A DNA stretch of 64,000 nucleotides from Eledone cirrhosa (taxonomy: Eukaryota): NCBI GenBank assembly GCA_964016885.1, contig OZ024750.1:12524001-12588000 (forward strand). Direction: 5' to 3'. The notes under the pieces are model-generated. The model ran no database searches. It was not told where the DNA came from and worked only from the letters and a program-made list of their open reading frames with translations. This document shows positions 42,691 through 54,809 of this stretch, piece after piece. Numbering within the stretch: the first letter of the stretch is position 1; the number at the start of each line of letters is the position of its first letter. A program made the translations under genes and the position numbers.

Positions 42691-42731
<41 letters not shown>

Positions 42732-43746
42732 GTGTGTATGTGTGCATATGAATGTATGTGTGTGTATATATCATCATCATTATTTAACACCCATTTTCCA
42801 TACTAGGATAGGTTAGATGAGCTGTCCCATTGTGAGACAAGCCAGGTCAGAAGACGACTGCGTTTTGCTCACACAGAACTGATTTGGGTTTGGTTTCTAT
42901 GGCTGGATGCCCTCCCTAACGGCAGCCATATATATATATGTTATTCTGAAACTCCAGAGCTGGAAATCATTCAGTATTCTAAATAGAAGTCTAATGACTT
43001 CTTTTATAGCATAAATGTGGTTTTGTCTTTGCAATAAATTGTTCTTCTTGCTCCACATAATGATGTAATTATCTTCGCATTCTTTCATCCATCACCAGAG
43101 AGTGTCTTCATGAACTAACGTATCATCTTATTGTTTTCCTTCGGTTGTAACGTTTTTTGAAATATTTACTTCTGCATCCACAGATTGATTTTTTTATCAG
43201 TTTCAGAAGATCCCGTTAAGGGTGAAAGCAGAAATTCTTTGCTTAAACTTTAATCTGTTCTTATTATAAATATTTATTTATATATATATATATATATATG
43301 TAGATAAATCTACCAAGAGTTTACGGTAGTGTCCAATCCGTATGAAGAACTCAATGTAATCCGGATATCATGGAAAGAAGAGATGCAATGAAAAATCACT
43401 TTCGGTGAAAGATAAACGGAATACAGAGTCAAGATAAAATATTAAAAAAATAATGAATAAAACAATGAAACAGTTCCTTATATTAAACAAAAAAAGTTCA
43501 TTATTTAACGATCGTTTCTAGGATATATATGTGTTAGAATTGGCATGCATATTCAACAGATCTATGTACAAAATTATACAAAATTATACAAACTATCAAA
43601 ATTAAATATACATACCAACACATATATATGCCGTCATATATATATATATATATATATATGTAAAGTTATATTTAAAATTGTTGGGTTACAACTAGTAAAT
43701 ATTTATAACTGATATAAAAGCACTCGACAAATATTTGGAGTATATT

Positions 43747-44016
43747 TACAATATTAAATAAATGGAAAACTATATTTATAAAACCATATTTATTTCATTA
43801 TATATATTTCGGGGATATCATATTAACAATATGCTATGCCTTCATCAGACAAAATACAATATAAACAGTTTTATAGATAAAACTATCTATAAAACTGTTT
43901 ATATTGTATTTTGTCTGATGAAGGCATAGCATATTGTTAATATGATATCCCCGAAATATATATAATGAAATAAATATGGTTTTATAAATATAGTTTTCCA
44001 TTTATTTAATATTGTA
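43747..44016. repeat. Perfect inverted repeat, 133-bp arms with a 4-nt loop (AAAC, 43880-43883)
   Basis: Arms compared by eye and found to be exact reverse complements. Confidence 0.95.
43907..43972 (+). ncRNA. Type-I hammerhead motif in the right arm of the palindrome (mirror copy at 43791-43856 on the - strand)
   Basis: tattttgt CTGATGA aggcatagcatatt-gtt-aatatgatatcccc GAAA tatata TA atgaaata. 8-bp stem I, long stem II with 3 mismatches, palindromic stem III. Confidence 0.7.
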
Positions 44017-44758
44017 TATATATATATATATATATATACATACATAAATGACCCGAGATTCTGTTCTTTCTTTACTAATGTAAAGATGTTTTTTTTTTAA
44101 ATACTATAAACTCCTAAAGTTTGCTAGATTTATAGAAAACGTCTGTATGTATGTGTGTGTGTATTTATTTATTCCAACTATGTATAGACACAGATTGTAG
44201 AAGTAAGAATGAAACATTTTTTCTTCCTGGGAGAAATTATTTCAATTTTCCTATTTATTTTAAATTTTCAGCTTCACTTAAATATTTCCAATTTACATTT
44301 CGTAACATATAGATTCTTTATTTTAAAGCTTTCCTTTTTTCTCATGAGTGATGTAGTTCTCTCATGCATTGTTCCATTTTCGATATGTTTTCCTAATCTA
44401 ACATCCAGCTTTATTAAATGATTACATTCTCATAAATAATTTAATAAACTTTTCTTTCTCTGTTTAAAATGCAAATACTTTGTTTCTCTTATGTAAATAA
44501 GTTAATTTCACTTTAAAATTTTGTTTCCATTTTGATTTTTGTAAATAACAAAATTCAACATATATTTTCCAAATAGTTTCTAAACTGTTTTTGACAGAAA
44601 ACATCTATTGTTATTTGTAAATCCTTTGAAATATCTTTAAAGCATACTCAGAATATTTCTGTTTTCTCTAACTAAAAGATAAGTTGTACACATAAGTATA
44701 ACATTGATATAGCATTGTACATTTTACATACAGTGGTCACATGATCTGTATTGTTTAA

Positions 44759-45147
44759 CCCTTTAGCATTCATTGGCAGTATCGGTAGACGGTCAGACAT
44801 CATGCTTTGCAGCAAAGAGTTACGGCCCTTTATGGTCTGAGTTCAAATCCCGCCGAGGTTAACTTTGCTTTTCATCCTTACTGGGTCGATAAAATAAAGT
44901 ACCAGTCATACACTGGGATAATTGCTGGCCTTGTGCCAAACGTAAAAGCAATTATTCTATATTTACTATTGTAATTTCACAGTAAAGGCTCACATAATTA
45001 TATCATATATCGAATTTAGGAGATGTTGATATTACTTATTTTGAGAACAATACCTTAACATAAATATGAGCAGCTGATTACAGCCAGTTTGAACAGAAAG
45101 ATGTGAGAGAATTCTGGCTCGATACAATCGGTTTAAATGCTAAAGGG
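44759..45147 (+). mobile_element. piggyBac-type MITE interrupted by a Meta-like SINE (about 44773-44955)
   Basis: Same TIRs and body as 2201-2434, with the SINE inserted next to the left TIR. Confidence 0.85.
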
Positions 45148-45908
45148 TTTAAAGTATTGGCAGTTTGAGGTAGGAAGTTGAGTTATGTAGATTTACATAC
45201 TGTCATGTAACTGAAACCAGTGATCGCATGATCTATATTATTTAAAAGGACCAGCAGTTTGAGATAGGAAGTTGGGTTATATAGTTCAGTAAAGTTTCTG
45301 AAAATGAAGAATCTGTAATGACTACACCTTTACTTGATTGGATATTTTACTGTGATACCTTATTGTTGGACTTGAACAAATATTAACTAAACTCAATATA
45401 ATGGCAATAAAGGTAGTAAGATTTCACTGAATACTTTAAATAAAAATAAATTAACATCATAGAAATGTCAAGTATTAATGGATGGGACTAAGTGAAGAAC
45501 TAAGAAAGAAAAAAAATAATAGAAATTTATAGTAATAGATTCATAGAAATATTTGATAGAAAATGCATTGTAAATGTCACAGTCATAAGTGGTTAGAATA
45601 TGACCAACTAAATACTTAAGTGTTAACTTAATCCACACTGCCAACATTAGCAAGTATTGATGTATGTAATATAGTTGTAAACATCACCTAACCACTTCTC
45701 ACCAATGTAAACAGCAATACAGCTTCACAATCAATGGCTACTTAAAGATATTTCTGCAACATTGCTTTTGAATACTACAAAGCTGTTAACATGCTACAAA
45801 TCTATAACATGATACCTACTTCAATTACCCAGATAGGATCCTCTCTCTCTCTGCTATATTTGCTGTATTTCACTACAACAGACCTACACTTACCAGCTGT
45901 ATGTTTAA

Positions 45909-46113
45909 CCCTTTAGCATTTACATTACTCCATATTTACTAAAGGCTTTACCTCACATAATTATCTCGCATAATATCGAATCTATGAGATTTTGGTATTA
46001 TTTATTTTGAGAACAATACATTAACATAAGCATGAGCAACCAGTTACAGCCGGTTTGAACAGAAAGTGCTGAAAGAATTCTGGCCAGATATGGCCAGTTT
46101 AAATGCTAAAGGG
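45909..46113 (+). mobile_element. piggyBac-type MITE
   Basis: TTAA flanks and perfect CCCTTTAGCATTT TIRs. Confidence 0.88.
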
Positions 46114-46705
46114 TTAAGTTCCACAGAACTTTGTCAGGTTTGTTGCTATATTTAAATGGTCATTCTTCAAGTCAGTTTATCTCATATGTTGAATACATAT
46201 TATATTATGTATTACAACAATTATATTATGTATTACATAATAGATGGATTGGCAGTATCGGTAGAGGGTGGATTGACAGTATCGGTAGAGCGGTGGATTG
46301 GCAGTATCGGTAGAGGGTCAGACGCCATGCTTTGCAAGCAAAGAGTTACGGCCCTTTATTGTCTGAGTTCAAATCCCGCCGAGGTTAACTTTGCCTTTCA
46401 TCCTTACGGGGTCGATAAAATAAAGTACCAGTAATACACTGGGATAATTGCTGGCCTTGTGCCAAAAGTAGAAACAATTATATTATGTATTACATATATA
46501 CACTATACACCATTTAAAAAGATAATGACACAAATAGGGAGAAGAAGAATATTTCATTTAGTCTTTTAATGAAGATATATTTTCTGTCTTGTTCATATAT
46601 TTATTTTGTATTTTTTCTGTGGTTTTGAGAACACGAAAAAAGTGTTAAAAGATTTTGTAAAAAAACCGACAACAGAATACATGACTTTTTTTTAGTTAAT
46701 ATATG

Positions 46706-46783
46706 CAGGGTCGGGTATAAAGATCTCCAACATTTTGAAGGGTTATAAAAAAAAGATGTGGCAGATCTTTATACCCCATCCTG
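46706..46783. mobile_element. Tc1-type mini-MITE
   Basis: cagggtcgggtataaagatct / agatctttataccccatcctg TIRs; the flanks are TG rather than TA. Confidence 0.6.
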
Positions 46784-49700
46784 TGTTTTATGTTTGTTTC
46801 ATTAAGTGGAACTGTATTGCACACTCACACTCACTTATAGACTCAGTTTATAAACCTGGTAGTCTCTAGAACTGAAATTCTTTCAAATTATGTTTAAAGT
46901 TGTTTTTATTTTAATAGAAAAAATATTTTTAGCAGATTTCTATATCTGCAACTTTTGAAGAAGAAGAAAAAATATATATATATATCACTCCTTTTGTGAG
47001 TGTATACAAGTTGAATATTATTCTGCAAAGAACTTCATCATTCCTCTTTGGGGATTTTCAGGAGTGTTTGGTGTAATGGAGTGCAATAGGTGTAGCTAAT
47101 GTTAACAACATTAGATGAGTTTGAAAACTAATACATAAAGAATCACCATGAAATTGAAAACTAATCTATTCCTAATTGCCACATGTTTGAAACTTATCTT
47201 CGCCCAATAAATGCTGAAAATAAGAGTATGCCAAAAGTAAATGCTCTATAAAAAGAGCAATAACAAACCTTTAAGGCCATTTACCTGCTAAAGTTTAGCT
47301 TAGTTTTAAGGGGTCACAGGTCAGTTGTTTTGTATTTATCAGAGTTCCTTGTTTGAGGCATTGTTTTGAGACCAAATGTTGCCAACTGTTTTAGCTTACA
47401 ACATGTAGGAATACAGTCTAGCTATTATGAAACTAAGATACTCACAGTAGCACTATAAAAATAAAGATAAAACGTGTAGAACTCCAAGTATTACATACTT
47501 GCTTTGTCAAATGATTCAACACAATGATCACATGATTCATGCTATATTATAGGACTAGTAGTTTCATGTGGGAGCTTTGTTTATGTAGTTCAATATGTCT
47601 TCTGAGAATAAATAACGTCAGATTACTGCAGCTTTTTAGATAAATACTTTACTGAGAGACTTCGTTGGCAGTATCGCTAGAAGGTCAGACGCCATGCTTT
47701 GATGCATAGAGTTAAGGCCCTTGCTATTCTGAGTTCAGATCCTGCCAAGGTTAACTTTGCCTTTCATCGTTACGGGGGTCAATAAAATAAAGTACCAGTA
47801 ATGCACTGGGTAATTACTGGCCTTGTGCCAAAAGTAGAAGCAATTATTTAAACCAATACTTACCTGGCTCCTTATGTGTGTTATGTTAAAATATTAAAGA
47901 GAATAGCCTAAACCACCTGGTCTGAACAATGGATTTTAGAAGGAAATTTTGTGTGAATTTAACAGAGAGATATTTTCCAGCCATCTTTGTCTCCTGCAAT
48001 GAAACTACTGCTGTCTAATATTGTCATAGAATAGAATATTGAATTATCTCAAATTTTGGTTGTAAATTAAATTTTCATGAAAAAATAAATACAAAGAGAA
48101 TTGAAAGTAACATGAGTTGAAGATAAATTGAAAGGACAGGTAAATATAATCTAAAATATGATATGATAATGATGATGGTGATGGAGATTACAACAAGAGC
48201 AATACTCATAAGAAGGAAGCAATATTATACCTTTCAATCATATATGATGTTTACTCTGTATAAATATAATCTAACCACTTCATTCTTTAGCTTGTCATGT
48301 ACTTCAATCTTATGGTGTATTTTTTTGTTTCACCCAACATGCATCATCTGTTTACATTATATATTCAAACCAATGTTAGTTATGTCATTTTCATATATGA
48401 AATATATCAGACATTATTTTCAATATTTCAATACTTCTTTGGTTCATTAGTAGTTAATTTATTTTTCAAGTTCGCATTATACAACCATATCATATCATAT
48501 CATCATCCTTAACTATTTTACTGCTACAGCCAGACATCATGTTATTCTCATAAAATAAAACTGTAATGTTCTCACTCTATTATCATGTAAATTATAATAT
48601 CTGATTATCTGATAACAAAAGATATAGCATGATTGAGAAGATTATAGGGAATCAGACAATTTCCCATTACAAAGACTCACAATTTATGGAAAAGATTTCT
48701 TATCAGAGTATTATATTTTATCTACAAAGTACACAAATTGAAATACTGATATAAGTCTATTTACTCATCATAACCTTGAAAGAATATCAGCCTGTTTGAT
48801 TGCTTTGGATGTTGACAATACCATACATATGTATCACCAAATTCATATTATTGGTTTCAGATAGTTGGGAATGTTTATGTACTTAATTTATAGAGTTCTT
48901 AATTTATAGACATTGTATAAGCTGCTTACAAAGAAAATGATCTTTCAATTATAGCAACAGTTTTCTTTTAGATTAGGTTTCTTGCTATCACTATTGTCAC
49001 AGACATAATGGAACTCTGGAAAGGATAATTGGATGATAAATTAATCTACTATAACTACTATTAACAGAGTTTCTACTAATTTGGATGTCTCATGCAAGTT
49101 AATTGTTAAACATGTCCTTTGACACAAGTTATTGTCAGGTCACTGGTTTGCAGAAATGTTAAATGTTACAATGAATAGATATTGATTTATTGGTTCTATC
49201 CAGAATCAGATAATGAGCAGTATATATTTAGTTGAATTATTGTCGGAAGTCTGAGATTTATTAACATTTTTATATTGATATAAATTGCATGGTGAACCAG
49301 TTTCTGATGCATGGTTGTATTTAGAAATATTGCTAGAATTTTAGTATTTGTTAAGGTATCCCTGTTTGGTGAAAAATGCATAAAGAATCTTTCTTCTATT
49401 TCATTAAATTGTTTCAGAAAATGTTTGCCTATGAGGAACACCATAGCTTTTCTATACTTTAGATTTACCAAAGGAAAGCTTGCTGGGGATTCTTGCTAAT
49501 AAAATCAAATAAATTTCTTTGCAAAGGGTGAATATATGATAATACTTTGGCAAACATTTTCTTTCTTTCTTTTGTTACTATGTGCTGGATATTTTTGCAA
49601 TCAAAACTGTCTTTGTAATCAAAATTCTCCTACATATTCCATGCACTCACACAGATTTAATGTGTGAAAAGAATTTATCTTCTTATAAAGACATATGTAG

Positions 49701-52700
49701 TTTAATTTTTTTTTTTTAATTCTAATAACCAAGAATTTTGTACAGTTTGCAATTTATGGGCTACAAAGGAATAGCAAAAAAGCTGAAGGAATTCTTCTAA
49801 GTTTTCAGGCAACTTTTCAAAGATTATTACTTCAGGTTACACATCTTTATTTGTCAGTTGCATCTGTGAGATTAATGTCTTTTGTCTTTATTTCTGGAAC
49901 ATTTTCAGTTCCTATTCGCAGGGATTGGAACCCCAATTTCTCAGTTACTAGTCAGAGAGTGTAAACTATGCATAGTTTGCTGGAATTTCTTGTAGAGTTT
50001 TAAAAGATCTTACATTATTGGGCCTTTTATTATTCAAATCCTTCTGTTATCAGTTCTTTGTAAACTCAGTAATATTAAAAATATTTTTATAACTACATTT
50101 AAACCATTGTTATTTTATACTCTTATTTGTCACCCATTTATTCCTGAGAGGGTTGTGGGGGTAGAGTCCTCAAACACTCCTTCCAGCCAGTCCTGTCAGA
50201 AGCACCATCTCCAACTGATCTGGTTGGTCCCCCAAGTGAGACAGCCAAGCTCATGGATGTTATCCAACCATCCTGCTTATGGTATTTGCTGGGTTCTCCC
50301 TATCAGTTGGTTTTGCCTGTAAAATCTGTCCAGCAATTCTTTCCAGAGACATTCTAACCACATGCCTAGAAAGAAAAAAGCAGTTTGAGTAATTTATACT
50401 CGCATTTCTTTTTTCTTTCTTTTATCTTTTACACTCTTTGTCATCACTTACCCCCCCCCCCCCCCTTCTATTAACATTCTCAGTCACTGTTGCCTTAAAT
50501 AGAATAAAGACTACATAGACTAAACAGAAAACTCATTAGTCTGATGGAAGGTGAAGGAACAAGACAACCACTCTGGTGTATGTACAATGATAATATTCAC
50601 AATGTACATTCTATGTGACTATTATTAAATATTTATGTCTTCACATATTTTCTGTTATTTTAAATGAATTCCATTTAAAACAAGATGTCATGCCCAAATC
50701 TAATATGTGCTGATTTGAAAACTAAATTTCTAAAAACACTTATATTCTTTCTTTCTAAATTTTCCAGTATTAAATGAACTATATACAATGCAGTATTAAG
50801 ATGAATAATTATTTAAGAATAGTTACTACCTAAACTCATTTGCTGGTACATTGACTAATTTTACTAGAACTTTCCTGAAAAACAGTTCAGACACACAACC
50901 AACAGTCATGCTAAAAACAATGATATACAGTAGCAATGCCCCAGCATGGCCTCACTCACTCAGCTGAAACAAGTAAAAGAGGAGAAAACAGCTTCGTGCT
51001 ATCATGAGATTATTAGAATTCTTTAAAATTCAAGTGGTTTTCTTAACTACTCATTCATCATAGAATTAATGACATTGTATAATGTTTGTATATTAAACAT
51101 TTATTGGTCATAATTGACTGATTACAAATTAAATCTTTGCTATATATAATTTTGAGGAAGAGGTCACTGATCTGAAGAAGTCTGTTGAATGAAATGTTTG
51201 ATAACAGATGCGGATTTATAAACTGACTTAAACTCTTGTTCACACTGTATAACATTTAAAGTGTTAATGTCATTAGGTGTATAACTGTAAATTTTCTAAT
51301 TTGAAAGTAATTATCTTCACTAATTATATAATTAATAAATGGTGAAAGAAAATTAAAGTTCTTAATTGCCATCTTCAAATCTTTTCATGATTTCAGTGGA
51401 GAAGACTTCAAAGTTTTTCATATTTTAAAATCTTAATTAGCATAGATAGAAAAATAGAAGTAAAAAAAAACACCTTTATTTATAAAAATTAAATAAATTT
51501 CAACTATAACTGTCTAATGGTACAATTTAATGACACATTCTAAGCCTTCACTCTTTTTTTGGTTACTGTAAATTATATAGACTGACACTTCAAAATAAAA
51601 TCTATTAACTACTACAGACTGCAAGCTATAATGAATAGAGGTGTTAGAAACTAAAATTAAATTAATGGAGTTAATATTGCAATAAAATAGCCCGTGTTTT
51701 TTAATTGAAGAGTTTTAGCATGTTCAGTTGTCGAAAGAAGGATTTTCATGTTTGTTGAAACTAAGATTAGAGCTGAAAAACTAAGTAATGCAAGGGATTT
51801 TGTATGACATAGTAATGTTGTAAGTTCAGTAAAACAAAGGTTTTTACAATTTACAATTTCTATATGACAAAATTATTACTTTTATTTGTTGAAAATTTCA
51901 CAAATACAGATAAGTGACAAAGCCAAGAAATTTCATTAGAATATATATTAATCAATTTCACTTTCCTGGTAAGATTTTTTTATATATAAGTTTTGCCTTT
52001 TAAACATTCTACTGATTTCATTTGTATATCTCAGCATTTTTATGAAACACCTCAATATATATTGTCAAATAATATCAATAGGTACTTAGGCATAAAACAT
52101 TTCTCTGCAGTTAATGACCAATTTCATTTATGATTTGTCGGTTCAGGACCTAATTATTAATTCCCATCCTCTGCCGCCTCCTCCACCTCCTTCCTTCCTT
52201 CTTCTTCTCCCAGTGGTTTCTGTCAGAAGCAACCACTTCCAACTAATTCAGCTAGATCCCCAAGCGAGACAAGCTGCAGATGTAGATAAGACCCACCAAA
52301 TTGGTGAATATAGATAGGTTTTTCCAGGTGTTGTTTTAAATACCATGCTCCCTATTTTTATTGCTGCAACACAGCTCCATAGGGACACCTGCAGAGCTTT
52401 AGGGTTGTATTCTTGAAGAGATGAATATGAGAAGGGACATAACTAAGTGCATAGTTTTGGTAACTAGCTTAGCTGTCCTTATCAGATCTGCAGTGAAGAA
52501 TATTTGCTGATAGAGATTGTTAATGAAGAAGGTCTATAGGGTTCAGGTGATGGAATATGTTACATAGTTTGAGGCTGTGTGCTAGGTTAATAGGTGACAG
52601 TCATATAAAATGATAGCTGCAGAAATGGTAATAATTTGCTAAAGAATCCATTTTATCACCATGGATGGTGAAGAAGAAATGGAACAAATCGAATTGTTTT

Positions 52701-52952
52701 GGTTTTTATGTTGTGATTAATGTTATTTATAAGTGAATGATGGAGGAAAAGTTTACATGATTACTGGTTAAAAGGATGGTCTCTTAAAAGTATTAAGATA
52801 CCCAAGAATACATACCAATTCTCTCACAAATACTTCCACCGAGAGATGAGGTCAAGTTAGTTTCCTATTTCACATCAGAGTTTAAAGAATTTTATAAACA
52901 GGATATCTATAAGCAGTCTTCTCTCTTGCACACCACTTCGGATTCCTCTTAA

Positions 52953-53161
52953 CACTTTAGCATTTAAACCGGCCATATCTCTCACCTCCTTCTGTTCAAA
53001 CCGGCTGCAACTGACCACTTATACTTACGTTAAGGTATTGTTCTCAAAATAAATAACCTCAAAATCTCATAGATTTGATATTATGTGAGATAATTATGAG
53101 AAGTAAAGCCTTTAACATGAAAATACAATAGTAAATATAGAGTAATGTAAATGCTAAAGGG
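52953..53161 (-). mobile_element. piggyBac-type MITE, opposite orientation
   Basis: TTAA flanks; the body is the reverse complement of 45909-46113. Confidence 0.85.
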
Positions 53162-53515
53162 TTAATCCCAGTTTCTCCCTCAGTCCAGCTACTGAAATAC
53201 TTTCAAAATTAAAAGATAATTTTGTTGTATATTTATTATACAGGCTGTATCAAAAAGAATCATCAGATTTTATTTTCAATATTTACAAATGATCAACATG
53301 TAAATAACTTTATTGAAATTAATAAAAGTTATAAAAAAAAAAGGATAAAACTTTATATTCAGACAGGTATTGTACAAGATGTCACATGATTATATAGTCA
53401 TTTGTTTAAAAAATATAAACTTTTGAAATATATCCTTTTTGTGTTATGTTTTGATCTTATTTTAAATAATTCCTTGTCATTTTAACAATTGATTGTATTC
53501 AAATTTTATTTTCAG

Positions 53516-53641
53516 TTACTAGTACAGAATGGATCTCCATTATTCATAGAAAATGTAGATCAGCTGACACCGTGTGATATTGCAGAAAAAAATGGACATG
53601 GAGATATTGCTTTGTTTTTGGAATCAAAAATGGTGTTCTCT
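53516..53641 (+). CDS. ANKIB1: ANKIB1 coding exon 4: [42 protein letters not shown]
   Basis: tttcag acceptor ending at 53515, donor gtaagt at 53642. 126 nt, phase 0-0. Matches LLV..G..LF.EN....TPCD.AEK..H.D.AL.LES.MVFS. Confidence 0.95.
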
Positions 53642-53674
53642 GTAAGTATTACATCATCATTTAATATCCAAAAT

Positions 53675-53726
<52 letters not shown>

Positions 53727-53802
53727 AACAGAAATAAGAACACAATCGGTACAGTATATGGAAGGGATATATTAGGTTAACGCTTGATATAGCAGGAAGA
53801 GG

Positions 53803-53840
53803 CTCTTAACGTTTCGGACGCTAATCCTTCATCAGAAGAA
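53803..53840 (-). ncRNA. Ultra-minimal hammerhead motif (no loop in stem III, so dimer-type)
   Basis: Minus strand reads ttctt CTGATGA a gga-ttagcg-tcc GAAA cg TT aagag. 5-bp stem I, 3-bp stem II, AACGTT palindrome, GUU triplet. Confidence 0.6.
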
Positions 53841-54758
53841 AGAATGAGAAATAAGATAAATTGAGGGGACGGGCGGGATGGAATTGGAAAAAATGTCTTT
53901 AGATAAAAATAACAGGTCCATTCATGTTGACATCTCTTATATATATACATAAACACCCATCTCGAGTTTTGGGTAGAAATTGTTTTCTTCCTCAATTATT
54001 TTTCTGTTTTCAACGATTCTGACCTTCAAACTCGTCGAGAAAGATTTGTTGTTCAGATATCAGAGATGGGAGGGAGGCGGGGAGGGGGGAAACCTTGGAG
54101 TTTCCCACCCTCGGAGATTTCAAACATTTTGTTAGTGTGTTTTGAATACATCTGATCTTCAAAGGCATCTAAAATTATTCGTTTTTTAGTTTCATGTGGT
54201 AGAGGGTGGGTAGGGTATCAGTCAAGTGTTTTCTTAACCCTAGCCCCTAACCCTACACAAGACAGGTGTCAATGACTCATTAATTTAATTTGAAATCACT
54301 TTCATTTTTAATTATAAGAGTATCAGTATGGCTTCATGTCATATAATGGGATTTGAATTTTTTTAATGGTTTTAAAATATCCCCCACCCTCTGATAAAAC
54401 AAATAATTTCCAATGGGTTTGGGGGGGGGGGGCGTTAAAATCCTTAAAAATGCACAAAAAAAGACAAGAAAAAAAAAACAATTTCTAAATTTCTAAACCA
54501 TAACCAAAACAAGTGTTGATGTAAAATTTTATCAAAATATTAATACTAGAAAACAGTATTAATATTAAATTAGGTGTTTACTAAGACTTTACTGTTAGTT
54601 TAATGTTCGTTAGTGTGATATCATTGGTGTGTTATAGTTAGACATTTCTGTTTGAAAATAACATTATTATCCTAACTGAATAAAAGACAGTTTACAGTAG
54701 AGGGAAATCTGGAAAATACTGACAGGGATTAAATAAATAAAGCGTCACAGTTTCAACA

Positions 54759-54809
<51 letters not shown>

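Noticed and set aside
43501-43565. Further hammerhead candidate on the minus strand (ctgttga...GAAAcgatcgTT)
   Set aside because: The core is mutated and stems I and II cannot be formed convincingly; at most a decayed relic.
54232-54258. Telomere-like TAACCC units
   Set aside because: Only two or three degenerate units; not an interstitial telomeric array.
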